Below, in pieces: positions 39,661 to 49,687 of a stretch of 64,000 nucleotides of DNA (positions within the stretch are counted from its first letter, which is position 1; the number at the start of each line of letters is the position of its first letter). This DNA is from Candidatus Spongiisociaceae bacterium (GTDB lineage Bacteria; Actinomycetota; Acidimicrobiia; Spongiisociales; Spongiisociaceae), in the NCBI GenBank assembly GCA_965219685.1, contig CBDCOH010000002.1, positions 2,752,001 to 2,816,000 of the forward strand. The letters are read 5' to 3'. A program made the position numbers and the translations under genes. The notes beneath the pieces are model-generated. The model did no database searches and was not told the origin of the DNA. It saw only the letters and a program-made list of their open reading frames with translations.

Positions 39661-40503
39661 ATGGCAAACATCGTTCGGGCGGCGCTCCTGCAGGCTGCAT
39701 GGACCGGTGACCGGGAGTCGATGGTCGAGAAGGGCGCCCACTACGCGTACGAGGCGGCCGACCGGGGCGCCCAGGTGATGTGCTTCCAGGAACTGTTCAA
39801 CGGCCCCTATTTCTGCCAGGTCCAGGACGACGACCACAAGGACACGGCCGAGGCGGTGCCCGACGGACCGAGCACGCAGCGGATGATCGAGGTCGCCCAG
39901 GAGACGGGCATGGTGCTGGTCGTCCCTCTGTACGAGAAGGAGGACGACGGCTTCCTCTACAACACCGCGGCGGTCATAGACGCGGACGGCACCTATCTGG
40001 GCAAGTACCGCAAGACCCATATCCCGCACGTCAACGGGTTCTGGGAGAAGTTCTACTTCCGGCCCGGGAATCTGGGCTACCCGGTGTTCGACACCGCGGT
40101 GGGCCGCATCGGCGTGTACATCTGCTACGACCGGCACTTCCCCGAGGGATGGAGAGCCCTGGGCCTGGCCGGCGCCAAGATCGTGTTCAACCCATCGGCC
40201 ACCAGCCGCGGGCTGTCCATGTACCTATGGAACCTCGAACAGCCTGCCTCGGCGGTGGCCAACGAGTATTTCGTGGGCGCCATCAACCGGGTCGGCAAGG
40301 AGCCCTACGGCGACAACGACTTCTACGGCTCCTCGTACTTCGTGGACCCCCGGGGGCAACTGGTCGGCGATGCGGGCTCGGACACCGACGAGGAACTGGT
40401 GATCAGAGACCTCGCGATGGACCTGATCGATGAGGTGCGCAAGACCTGGGCCTTCTACCGCGATCGTCGCCCCGACGCCTACGACCCCCTCGTCGCCCCC
40501 TGA
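39661..40503 (+). CDS. Nitrilase-family beta-ureidopropionase
   Basis: CFQELF, YRKTHIP, FWEKFYF, ICYDRHFPE triad. Confidence 0.9.
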   Translation: MANIVRAALLQAAWTGDRESMVEKGAHYAYEAADRGAQVMCFQELFNGPYFCQVQDDDHKDTAEAVPDGPSTQRMIEVAQETGMVLVVPLYEKEDDGFLYNTAAVIDADGTYLGKYRKTHIPHVNGFWEKFYFRPGNLGYPVFDTAVGRIGVYICYDRHFPEGWRALGLAGAKIVFNPSATSRGLSMYLWNLEQPASAVANEYFVGAINRVGKEPYGDNDFYGSSYFVDPRGQLVGDAGSDTDEELVIRDLAMDLIDEVRKTWAFYRDRRPDAYDPLVAP

Positions 40504-40597
40504 CCGGCTCGGCGTGAAACCGACCGGGGTCTGGCTGCGGGTTGGCCACCGGTGGGGGCGGGTGACGGCTCACTCCGACCCAGGGTCCAAGCGCCGT

Positions 40598-40861
40598 TCA
40601 GCCCATGGCCTCCAAGATCGCGACGAGCCCTGCCACTACCGCAACGATCCCGGCACCCTGCAGCCACAACGCTCGGTACATGTCAGCGCGCAGCCTGGAC
40701 TCGACGCCGGCCAGTTCGGTCTTGAGTACGTCGCGGGTCACCAGCGGACTTGTCGCATCACCGATGACCTCAACAACGCCTTCGGCCGCTTGTTCCTCCA
40801 TCCCTGAGGAGCGTAGCTTGCGGACTCCAGCATGCGTGTCGAAGGTCGGTGCGGTCACCAT
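40598..40861 (-). CDS. DUF1640/CCDC90-like small coiled-coil membrane protein
   Basis: TFDTH...KLRSSGMEEQAAE, LVTR, C-terminal TM; AAGGAG RBS. Confidence 0.65.
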   Translation of the reverse strand: MVTAPTFDTHAGVRKLRSSGMEEQAAEGVVEVIGDATSPLVTRDVLKTELAGVESRLRADMYRALWLQGAGIVAVVAGLVAILEAMG

Positions 40862-41246
40862 ACTCCTTCCGTATACTCCTTCCGTTCTACTCTGCTAATC
40901 ATAGTATCTGTTGTTAGTTATGAATAGTCCGCTCTCTGGCATAAAGCTATGATCCCGGCCTCTGCAGCTTCCACGGTCACCCCTTCAAGACCTAGTTCCC
41001 GTCGGTGGGCGAGGACTTGCACAGCTTCCACTTCGGCAAGCCGTGGCGGACCAGATCTTGCGCGGAGTTGGCACTGATCTCCAGGCAACTGTCCGGCCAG
41101 TCGCCGGAGAGATCGCGTACCGGTAAGGTCGATATACCTGCCCGCGAGCCGTGGGTCGGCAATAACCAGTCGACCGGTACAACCGGGCTCGCTTGCGAGG
41201 CCGGGAAGTTATCCTATGGGCTTCACCCGACAAACGGAGGACGGTC

Positions 41247-42542
41247 GTGGGAATCCATGCTGACCTGCTAGAACGCCACCGGGCGGTGATCCCCCCATGG
41301 GTGGGTCTCTACTACGACGAGCCGATCTCGCTGGTGGACGGGGAGGGTCGCCACGTCATCGATGCCGAGGGGAACCGCTACCTGGACTTCTTCGGCGGGA
41401 TCCTGGTGACGATCGCCGGCCACCGCGTGCCCCGGGTGGTGGAGGCGATCAAGGCACAGGCGGACCGGATGCTGCACGCCTCCACCCTGTACCTGATGGA
41501 GTCACACATCGAACTGGCCGAGCAGATCGCCGAGTTGTCGGGCATCCCCGACGCCAAGGTCTTCTTCGCCAACTCCGGCACCGAGGCCAACGACACAGCC
41601 CTGATGCTGGCCACCCAGTACCGCCGCTCCAACCAGGTCCTCGCCGTGAGGGGCAGCTATCACGGCAAATCCCACAGCGCCATCGCGGTCACCGGGAACG
41701 CGGCATGGTCGGGCACCACCTTCAGCCCCTTCCAGGTGACGTACGTCCACGGCGGCTACAAGGTCCGCTCCCCGTTCGGACACCTGCCCGACGACCAGTT
41801 CATCGCCAGGTGCGTCGACGACCTCCGCGACCTGCTCGACATCGCCACGGCCGGCAACGTCGCCGCCATGATCGCCGAGCCCATCCAGGGGGTGGGGGGA
41901 TTCATAACCCCGCCTGACGGGCTGTTCGGGGCCATGAAGGAGGTGCTGGACGAGCACGGGATCCTCTTCATCTCCGACGAGGTCCAGACCGGGTGGGGCC
42001 GCACCGGCGAGCACTTCTGGGGGTACCAGGCGCACGGCATCGTGCCGGACCTGCTCACCTTCGCCAAGGGCCTCGGCAACGGCATGGCGATCGGGGGCGT
42101 GGTCGGCCGCAGGGAAATCATGGACTGCTACCCCGCCAACGCCATCTCGACATTCGGGGGTAACCCGATGGCGACCACGGCCGGCCTCGCCACGCTCGAG
42201 GTCCTGGTCGAGGACGACCTCCAGTCCAACGCGTACAAGGTGGGAGCCCAGCTGAGGAACGGGCTCGACCACCTTGCCCTGGAGACCGAGGAGATCACCG
42301 AGGTTCGGGGCAAGGGCCTGATGCTGGGCGTGGAGTTGTCGGACCCCGGCACCGGCCAGCCCGACGCGGCGCTGACCGGGGCCGTCATGGAGGCGGCCAA
42401 GGTCGAGGGACTCCTCGTCGGCAAGGGCGGTCTGTACGGGAACGTGCTGCGCATCGCCCCGCCCCTGTCCGTCACCGAGGCGGAGTGCGACGAGGGCCTG
42501 GCGATGCTCGACGCCGCCGTCCGTCGTGCAACCGGGGCCTGA
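41247..42542 (+). CDS. Class III aminotransferase (beta-alanine:pyruvate/AGXT2-like)
   Basis: YLDFFGG, NSGTEAND, SYHG, EPIQGVGG, DEVQTGWGR, AKGLGNG, TFGGNP. Confidence 0.9.
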   Translation: MGIHADLLERHRAVIPPWVGLYYDEPISLVDGEGRHVIDAEGNRYLDFFGGILVTIAGHRVPRVVEAIKAQADRMLHASTLYLMESHIELAEQIAELSGIPDAKVFFANSGTEANDTALMLATQYRRSNQVLAVRGSYHGKSHSAIAVTGNAAWSGTTFSPFQVTYVHGGYKVRSPFGHLPDDQFIARCVDDLRDLLDIATAGNVAAMIAEPIQGVGGFITPPDGLFGAMKEVLDEHGILFISDEVQTGWGRTGEHFWGYQAHGIVPDLLTFAKGLGNGMAIGGVVGRREIMDCYPANAISTFGGNPMATTAGLATLEVLVEDDLQSNAYKVGAQLRNGLDHLALETEEITEVRGKGLMLGVELSDPGTGQPDAALTGAVMEAAKVEGLLVGKGGLYGNVLRIAPPLSVTEAECDEGLAMLDAAVRRATGA

Positions 42543-42731
42543 AACCGAGACAGATGGTGGTCTGTTTGCGAACCGGCGTCGCGACAGGCGCAGGCAGCGG
42601 CGTTCCTCGCACGGCCCGCCGACGAAGGCGTACCCGCAGCGGTACGTCGAGGAGGCGAAACGCCGCGAGGGGCGTCGATGGCAAGCATGACACGACAAGT
42701 TGGTTTGCAGACAGACCACAGGAGGAAAGCC

Positions 42732-44153
42732 ATGGGAAGTGCACTCATCAAGAACGGCACCGTCGTCACCGCCACCGAGACCATGCAGGCCGACGTGCTC
42801 ATCCAGGGCACGAAGGTGGTTGCCCTGGTGTCCTCCGCCGACGTCGACCTGGGCCTGGCGGCGGATCGCACCATCGACGCATCCGGCAAGCTCGTGATAC
42901 CCGGCGGCATAGACGTACACACCCACATGGAGCTTCCTTTCGGGGGAACATTCGCCGCGGACACGTTCGAGACCGGTAGCCGCGCCGCTGCCTGGGGAGG
43001 TACCACCACGATCGTCGACTTCGCAGTGCAGACCAAGGGCGAGTCGGCTATGGAGGGCTTCGAGGCTTGGATGGCCAAGGCCGAGGGCGAGTGCGCCATC
43101 GACTACGGCTTCCACATGATCACCGGGGACATCAACGAGCAGACGCTCAAGGAGATGGACATGCTGGTCGACGAGGGGGTCACCTCGTTCAAGATGTTCA
43201 TGGCCTATCCGGGCGTCTTCTTCTCCGACGACGGCGAGATCGTGATGGCCATGCAGAAGGCCGCCGAGAACGGATCGGTGATCGCCATGCACGCCGAGAA
43301 CGGGATCGCCATCGATGTGTTCGTGAACCAGGCCTTGGCACGCGGGGAGACCGACCCTATCCATCACGGTCTGGTGCGGAAGTCGGTGCTGGAAGGTGAG
43401 GCGACCCACCGCGCCATCCGGCTGGCCGAGGTTACGGGCGCCCCGGTCTACTTCGTGCATCTCTCGGCTCTCGAAGCCCTCGAGCAGGTGACCCTGGCCC
43501 GTGACGAGGGCAGGAACGTCTTCGCGGAGACATGCCCCCAGTACCTGCTGCTGGACCTCGACAACCTCGGGAACGGGTTCGAAGGGGCCAAGTACGTGTG
43601 CTCGCCCCCCCTGCGCGACCGGGCTGCGGGCCACCAGGAACGGCTGTGGCGGGGCCTCAAGACCGACGACCTGCAGGTGGTCTCCACGGACCACTGCCCG
43701 TTCTGCATGGGTGACCACCACACCTTCGGCGTCCAGAAACAACTCGGACGGGGGAACTTCGCGGCGATCCCGAACGGGATCCCGGGAGTCGAAAACCGGA
43801 TGGAACTGATCTTCGACGCGGGTGTCTCAGATGGGCGCATCAATCCCAACCGGTTCGTCGAGATCACCTCAACCACACCCGCCAAGATGTTCGGCCTGTT
43901 CCCGAAGAAGGGGACCATCGCGGTGGGTAGCGACGCGGACATCGTGATTCTCGACCCGGACCGGACCCACACCATCTCGGTGGACACCCACCACATGGAC
44001 GTCGACTACTCGGCCTACGAGGGTCGGGAGGTCACCGGCAAAGTCGAGACGGTTCTTTCCAAGGGCAAGGTGATAATCGCCGACGAGCTTTACCACGGCC
44101 GCAAGGGCGACGGAGACTACCTCCGGCGCGGTACGACCATGCTGCTCCGCTGA
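42732..44153 (+). CDS. hydA: Dihydropyrimidinase
   Basis: PGGIDVHTH, GGTTTIVDF, SFKMFMAY, HAENG, ETCPQY, STDHCPF. Confidence 0.93.
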   Translation: MGSALIKNGTVVTATETMQADVLIQGTKVVALVSSADVDLGLAADRTIDASGKLVIPGGIDVHTHMELPFGGTFAADTFETGSRAAAWGGTTTIVDFAVQTKGESAMEGFEAWMAKAEGECAIDYGFHMITGDINEQTLKEMDMLVDEGVTSFKMFMAYPGVFFSDDGEIVMAMQKAAENGSVIAMHAENGIAIDVFVNQALARGETDPIHHGLVRKSVLEGEATHRAIRLAEVTGAPVYFVHLSALEALEQVTLARDEGRNVFAETCPQYLLLDLDNLGNGFEGAKYVCSPPLRDRAAGHQERLWRGLKTDDLQVVSTDHCPFCMGDHHTFGVQKQLGRGNFAAIPNGIPGVENRMELIFDAGVSDGRINPNRFVEITSTTPAKMFGLFPKKGTIAVGSDADIVILDPDRTHTISVDTHHMDVDYSAYEGREVTGKVETVLSKGKVIIADELYHGRKGDGDYLRRGTTMLLR

Positions 44154-44241
44154 GCCGGATGCACCGGGACAACCGGCGCCGGCGGATGCGGGCGCCGGCC
44201 GAGCAGGCGACGCAACGACATCGAGAACGAGGGCGGTAGCG

Positions 44242-45735
44242 ATGAAGACCATCACCCATTGGATCAACGGCAAGTCCTGGGAGGGCGAACCGGAGCGTAC
44301 CGGTCCGGTGTTCAATCCGGCCACCGGTCGCCAAGCGGCCGAGGTCGCGTTCGCCACCGCCCACGAAGTGGACCAGGCGGTGGGCGCCGCCCGCAAGGCC
44401 TTCGAAGACTGGCGGTCGGTCTCCCTCACCCGCCGCCAGAACATCATGTTCTCCTACCGGGAGTTGATCACCCGGCACCGACTCGACATGGCCCGCGTCC
44501 TCACCGCCGAACACGGGAAGACGCTCGACGACGCTCTGGGCGAGGTCCAGCGCGGCCTCGAGGTGGTGGAGTTCGCCTGCAACATCGCCCACCTCGTCAA
44601 AGGAGAGTTCTCGGAGCAGGTGAGCAGCGCCGTCGATACCTACACGGTGCGCCAGCCGCTGGGGGTGGCCGCCGGTATCACACCGTTCAACTTCCCCGCC
44701 ATGGTGCCGATGTGGATGTTCCCGATCGCCATCGCCTGCGGGAACACCTTCGTGCTCAAACCATCCGAGAAGGATCCATCCCCGTCGTTGCTCAACGCGG
44801 AACTCCTCGCCGAAGCAGGCCTCCCCGACGGGGTGTTCAACGTGGTCCACGGCGACAAGGCGGCGGTGGACGCCATACTCGCCCACCCCGACATCGCCGC
44901 AGTCTCGTTCGTCGGCTCGACCCCGATCGCCCGCTACATATACGAGCAGGGAACCCGTCACGGCAAGCGGGTCCAAGCCCTGGGCGGGGCCAAGAACCAC
45001 ATGATCGTGCTGCCCGACGCCGACATGGACCTGGCGGCCGACGCGGCCGTGTCGGCCGGCTACGGATCTGCGGGCGAGCGCTGCATGGCCATCTCGGTGG
45101 TGGTCACGGTGGGTGACGCCGCCGACCGCCTCCTGCCCAGGGTCCGGGAACGGATCGCGGAGTTGGTGGTAGGGCCTGGGGACTCCGAAGGAGCCCAGAT
45201 GGGACCGCTGGTCACCGCCCAGCACCGCGACCGGGTGGCGGGCTACGTAGACGCCGGCGAGTCCGACGGAGCACGCCTCCTCGAGGACGGCCGCGGTTTC
45301 ACCAGCGAAGGGCACGAGGACGGGTTCTTCTTCGGACCCACGCTGTTCGACGAGGTCACACCCGACATGTCGATCTACCGGGACGAGATATTCGGGCCGG
45401 TCCTGTCGGTGGTGCGCACCGGCTCCTACCAGGAGGCCATCGACCTCGTAAACGTGAACCCCTACGGCAACGGGACCGCTGTTTTCACTAACGACGGCGG
45501 TGCGGCACGCAAGTTCCAGGCCGAGATAGAAGTGGGGATGGTCGGAATCAACGTACCGATCCCGGTACCCCTGTCGTTCTACTCCTTCGGAGGTTGGAAG
45601 GACTCGATCTTCGGTGGCCATTCCATCTACGGGCCCGAGGGGGTACATTTCTACACCCGGCCCAAGGTCGTCATAGCCAGGTGGCCGGATCCCATCCACC
45701 GGGGAGTGGACCTCGGATTCCCCCAGCACCGCTGA
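44242..45735 (+). CDS. mmsA: CoA-acylating (methyl)malonate-semialdehyde dehydrogenase
   Basis: ITPFNFPAMVP, KPSEKDP, FVGSTP, GGAKNH, SAGERCMA, EIFGP. Confidence 0.92.
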   Translation: MKTITHWINGKSWEGEPERTGPVFNPATGRQAAEVAFATAHEVDQAVGAARKAFEDWRSVSLTRRQNIMFSYRELITRHRLDMARVLTAEHGKTLDDALGEVQRGLEVVEFACNIAHLVKGEFSEQVSSAVDTYTVRQPLGVAAGITPFNFPAMVPMWMFPIAIACGNTFVLKPSEKDPSPSLLNAELLAEAGLPDGVFNVVHGDKAAVDAILAHPDIAAVSFVGSTPIARYIYEQGTRHGKRVQALGGAKNHMIVLPDADMDLAADAAVSAGYGSAGERCMAISVVVTVGDAADRLLPRVRERIAELVVGPGDSEGAQMGPLVTAQHRDRVAGYVDAGESDGARLLEDGRGFTSEGHEDGFFFGPTLFDEVTPDMSIYRDEIFGPVLSVVRTGSYQEAIDLVNVNPYGNGTAVFTNDGGAARKFQAEIEVGMVGINVPIPVPLSFYSFGGWKDSIFGGHSIYGPEGVHFYTRPKVVIARWPDPIHRGVDLGFPQHR

Positions 45736-45761
45736 CGGACCATTCGGACGGATTGGAAAGG

Positions 45762-46790
45762 ATGGCTAGCACTATGGACTTCGGCGTCGTACTCCAGACC
45801 GATCCACCTGCGTCACGCCTGGTCGAACTGACCCGTATCGCAGAGGCCAACGGATTCACCCACGCGTGGACCTTCGACTCCCACGTGCTGTGGCAGGAGC
45901 CCTTCGTCATCTACTCGAGGATGCTGGCCGAGACCGACCGCATGGTGGTAGGTCCCATGGTCACCAACCCCGGTACGCGCGATTGGACCGTGCTGGCCTC
46001 CCTGTTCGCCACCCTCAACGACATGTACGGGGACCGGACCATCTGCGGGATGGGACGCGGCGACTCGGCCCTGCGGGTTATCGGTCGCAAGCCCCGCACC
46101 CTGGCCAAGATGGTCGAGTCGATGAAGGTGATCAAGGGGCTGGTTGCGGGGGAGGAGGTCGACTACGACGGTACGCCTCTCCGGATACCCTGGATCTCGG
46201 AAGGCTGGGACCTGCCGATGTGGGCGGCGGGTTACGGACCGAAGGCGCTGGCCACGATCGGGCGGCACGCCGACGGATTCATCCTGCAGTTGGCCGACCC
46301 CCAGATCCTGGAGTGGACGGTGGGGGCGGTGCGAGCCGCGGCGGTGGATGCGGGCCGCGATCCTGGCGAGATAGCCGTGTGCGTAGTGGCGCCCGCCTAC
46401 GTGGGTGACAATATCGAGCACCAGCGGGAGCAACTCCGGTGGTTCGGAGGGATGGTCGGCAACCATGTCCACGACTTGGTGAAGCGCTACGGCTCGGACA
46501 GTCCGGAGATGGTGCCTGAGGTGCTGGCCGACTACATCGCAGCCCGGGAAGGCTACGACTACGCCCACCACGGCAAGGCCGGCAACCCTTCAACCGATTT
46601 CGTGCCCGACGCCATCGTCGACCGCTTCTGCGTGCTCGGCACAGCGCAGGATCACATCGACAAACTGCAGCAGCTCCGAGAGCTGGGCATGGACCACTTC
46701 GGGATCTACCTGATGCACGACGACCGGGAGAACACGTTGAAGGCCTACGGCGAGACTGTTGTACCTGGGTTGGTGAATGGTGAATGGTGA
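45762..46790 (+). CDS. LLM-class F420-dependent oxidoreductase (TIGR03842-like)
   Basis: MDFGVVLQTDPP, WTFDSHVLWQEP, WFGGMVGNHV, YDYAHHG; within the pyrimidine cluster. Confidence 0.82.
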   Translation: MASTMDFGVVLQTDPPASRLVELTRIAEANGFTHAWTFDSHVLWQEPFVIYSRMLAETDRMVVGPMVTNPGTRDWTVLASLFATLNDMYGDRTICGMGRGDSALRVIGRKPRTLAKMVESMKVIKGLVAGEEVDYDGTPLRIPWISEGWDLPMWAAGYGPKALATIGRHADGFILQLADPQILEWTVGAVRAAAVDAGRDPGEIAVCVVAPAYVGDNIEHQREQLRWFGGMVGNHVHDLVKRYGSDSPEMVPEVLADYIAAREGYDYAHHGKAGNPSTDFVPDAIVDRFCVLGTAQDHIDKLQQLRELGMDHFGIYLMHDDRENTLKAYGETVVPGLVNGEW

Positions 46791-46809
46791 ATGGTGAATG
46801 GTGAATGGT
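46771..46809. repeat. (TGGTGAA)5 array overlapping the LLM stop
   Basis: Read directly; supplies the last codons VNGEW-stop. Confidence 0.9.
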
Positions 46810-46821
46810 AGGTCCGGCGGA

Positions 46822-46990
46822 TCATTCGAACAGGGCGGATGCGTCCCAGTCCGAATGCCCTGGCGTCACATAGTCATATAGCACCGCCCGGCACACGTCC
46901 TCGGTGCTGGTCCCGATGAGCCCGATGATGTTGTCGATCTCGTCGGCTGCGGCCTTCGATATCTTGAATCTTTGAGACCAGACCCGTTGG
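46822..46990 (-). pseudogene. Orphan 3' gene fragment
   Basis: Frame ...FKISKAAADEIDNIIGLIGTSTEDVCRAVLYDYVTPGHSDWDASALFE* with high-GC3 codons and no clear start. Confidence 0.3.
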
Positions 46991-47058
46991 CGGCCTTTAG
47001 CCGTCCGCCCGAACCGCCTCGCCCAACCGACTCCCGGGGAGCGTTCGGGAGGCCCTTC

Positions 47059-47481
47059 TCAGTAACCGGACTCAGCGACGGGTGAGCGACCCCCGCCGGC
47101 CACCGACCGATACTCGTCGTCGCTCACCTTGCGGCCCTCCCAGACAGTAGCCCCGCCAGTGGTATGCGACAGGTGGGTCATGGGCGAGTCGGGTAGGGCG
47201 CCATGCCAGTGGACCTCCCCCGGTGGGGAGTGGACGATGTCGCCGGTTGAGATCTCCGCGGCGGCGCCATCCTCACTCTGGACCAGTCCCGCGCCACTCG
47301 TAACATGCAACACTTGGCCGTCCGGGTGGTGGTGCCAGTCGGTTCTTGCACCCGGTGAGAAACTCACCGCCAGGACATTGAGAACCCCGTCGGTCCTTAC
47401 CGGCCCGAACAGAACCTCGCCCGTGAAGTTCCCGGCCGGAGCCTTCTCCCATCCGATCTGTCCAGGCTTCCAGTGTTCCAT
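47059..47481 (-). CDS. Cupin domain protein
   Basis: FSPGARTDWHHHPDGQ...PGEVHWHGA. Confidence 0.85.
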   Translation of the reverse strand: MEHWKPGQIGWEKAPAGNFTGEVLFGPVRTDGVLNVLAVSFSPGARTDWHHHPDGQVLHVTSGAGLVQSEDGAAAEISTGDIVHSPPGEVHWHGALPDSPMTHLSHTTGGATVWEGRKVSDDEYRSVAGGGRSPVAESGY

Positions 47482-47514
47482 GGATCCTCCCCATAGTGCT
47501 CGCCCGGTGGAACT

Positions 47515-48927
47515 CTAGGAGATCCGCTCGGCTTTCTCGTCGATGAGCCGCCAGAGTCTCTCGACATGCTCCTCACGGGTGTTGACCTGGCCGATGGACA
47601 CTCTCAGGAAGGACATCCCGTCGATGCGCGACCGCGTCAGGAAGGAATGGCCGGATCGGTTGACCTCGGTAGCCAGCGACTCGGTTGCGTCGTTGCCGGC
47701 CCGGTGCCGGAAACACACCAGCGAGAACGGAACGGGCGCTGCCAATTCGAGGCGGTCGTCCTCCTCGATCCGGGTCGCGAAGTCCCGAGCCCACGCCACA
47801 TTGGCTCTGATACGGGCCCGGATTCCCGATGCGCCGTAGTAGCGAAGCACGAACCACAGCTTCAGCGAGCGGAACCGGCGCCCCAAGGCCACGTGCCAGT
47901 CCCGGTAGTCGATCACCTGGCCGCTCTCGGAGGCCTCGTTCCGCAGGTACTCGGGCAGGATCGAGAGGGCGTGGATGAGGGGAGCGCGATCGGCCACGAA
48001 GAACAGGGATCCGTCGAAGGTCATCGGGGTCCACTTGTATGGGTTCACGGTGTAGCTGTCTGCCAGTTCGAGGCCGTCCTGGTGGTGGCGGAACTCCTCG
48101 CAGAACATGGCGTTGCCCGCGAAGGCGGCATCGACGTGGTGCCACATGCCCTCGTCACGGGCCAGTTCCCCGACCGCTCGCACCGGGTCGACAGCGGTCG
48201 TGGCGGTGGTGCCCACGGCGGAGCATGCGAACGTGGGAAACAGACCCGAGGCTCGATCATCCGCCACCGCGGTGGCCAACCGTCCGACATCCAGGGAGTA
48301 GTCGTCGTCCACATCGACCAGGCGGATGTGTTGGTAACCCGCCACCCGGGCACCCTTCTCGATCGACGAGTGCGCCTGCGTGCTGGTGTACGCAACGCAG
48401 CGGCTGATGTCGGCGCCCTGACGCTGGGCCCGGTCTCGGGCGACAACGAGGGCCACGTGAGCCGCGTCGGAGGCGGTCTGCTGCATCACCCCGCCTCCCT
48501 TCGCCGTCGTCTTCCAACCGGCGGGGAGGCCCAGCAGATCCACCATCCAGTCCATCATCACGCTCTCGAGTTCCGTGCACACCGGGCTGGTGGCCCACAG
48601 CATGCCCTGCTGGTCGAGACCCGCGGCCACCAACTCGCCGAGCATCCCGGGGCCGGACGTCGTGCACGGGAAGTAGGCAAACCATCCGGGGGAGGTCCAG
48701 TTGGTCAAACCCGGCACCACGATCCGGTCCAGGTCGGCGGCTACCGCCTCGAATTCCTCGGGTACTTCCGGAGCGCGATCGGGCAACATCCCGCGTATCC
48801 AACCCGGCCGCACCCCCGGCTGGACGGGGAGTTCTCCCACCCGCTCCATGTAGCCGGCCAGCCAATCGACCATCGCGTATCCGTGCCGGCGGAACTCCTC
48901 GGGCGTCATGTCAGGAAGGTCGGTCAT
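47515..48927 (-). CDS. Group II PLP decarboxylase (aromatic L-amino acid decarboxylase-like)
   Basis: MTPEEFRRHG, WATSPVCTELE, AHSSIEK, HVDAAFAG, NPYKW, DYRDW..LGRRFRSLKLW. Confidence 0.9.
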   Translation of the reverse strand: MTDLPDMTPEEFRRHGYAMVDWLAGYMERVGELPVQPGVRPGWIRGMLPDRAPEVPEEFEAVAADLDRIVVPGLTNWTSPGWFAYFPCTTSGPGMLGELVAAGLDQQGMLWATSPVCTELESVMMDWMVDLLGLPAGWKTTAKGGGVMQQTASDAAHVALVVARDRAQRQGADISRCVAYTSTQAHSSIEKGARVAGYQHIRLVDVDDDYSLDVGRLATAVADDRASGLFPTFACSAVGTTATTAVDPVRAVGELARDEGMWHHVDAAFAGNAMFCEEFRHHQDGLELADSYTVNPYKWTPMTFDGSLFFVADRAPLIHALSILPEYLRNEASESGQVIDYRDWHVALGRRFRSLKLWFVLRYYGASGIRARIRANVAWARDFATRIEEDDRLELAAPVPFSLVCFRHRAGNDATESLATEVNRSGHSFLTRSRIDGMSFLRVSIGQVNTREEHVERLWRLIDEKAERIS

Positions 48928-49109
48928 GATCAGACATGCAAGGGGAGACGGTCGGAAAGGTCAAGCGACCCCGCATCCTCGAGGCCTCACCGCTGCGCTG
49001 TGTGCGAGCCGGATCGTTACACGTGCACCAGGGAGCGCCGGTTGGAGGCCGATTGTCACAGCGGCATCGCAAGATGGACATCGAACCGGCCATGGCAGGA
49101 GGCCAACCG

Positions 49110-49364
49110 ATGAGCAGACAACGTAAGCTCCTCCTCCGCATTCTCAGCGGCCGCTCGGATGCAAGTATCCGCTTCAGCGATCTGCGGTATCTGTTGCGAA
49201 CCCTCGGATTCGTCGAACGCACTCGTGGAAGTCACCACATATTCGTGAGGCGAGACATCGAAGAGAGAATCATCTTGCAGCGGGATGGACCCCATGCAAA
49301 ACCGTATCAGATTAGGCAGGTTCGAAAGATGATACGAAGGAATAGAATAGGGGGCGAGGAGTGA
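49110..49364 (+). CDS. hicA: HicA-family toxin
   Basis: LGFVERTRGSHHIF, AKPYQIRQV. Confidence 0.88.
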   Translation: MSRQRKLLLRILSGRSDASIRFSDLRYLLRTLGFVERTRGSHHIFVRRDIEERIILQRDGPHAKPYQIRQVRKMIRRNRIGGEE

Positions 49365-49576
49365 TGAACAAGTACGGGATCATTATCTACTGGAGCAACA
49401 CCGATCAGGCATTCGTGGCCGAGGTGCCGGAACTCCCTGGATGTATGGCACACGGCGCTACACAGGAAACTGCTCTCGAGAATATAAACGAGGCAACCAG
49501 GCTGTGGATCGACACCGCGAGGGGTTTCGGAGATCCGGTGCCCGAACCTGCGGGAGAGCGGCTGGCGCCCGCCTGA
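49361..49576 (+). CDS. hicB: HicB-family antitoxin (short, no DNA-binding domain)
   Basis: FVAEVPELPGCMAHGATQETAL...GDPVPEP. Confidence 0.9.
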   Translation: MMNKYGIIIYWSNTDQAFVAEVPELPGCMAHGATQETALENINEATRLWIDTARGFGDPVPEPAGERLAPA

Positions 49577-49687
49577 CCCTCTCGCGGCACGTGTTGAGAC
49601 CGAACCACGCCTTCCGCCGGCAGGGTCAGATCGGGGGCAGTCCGGCGACCTATACCGCTATAGGTGTAGCATGCCCCCGGAGGTCAG

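Noticed and set aside
40985-41271. Short ORFs upstream of the aminotransferase
   Set aside because: No recognisable motif, RBS or consistent codon bias
49110-49576. HicAB as a novel system
   Set aside because: Ordinary short HicAB pair
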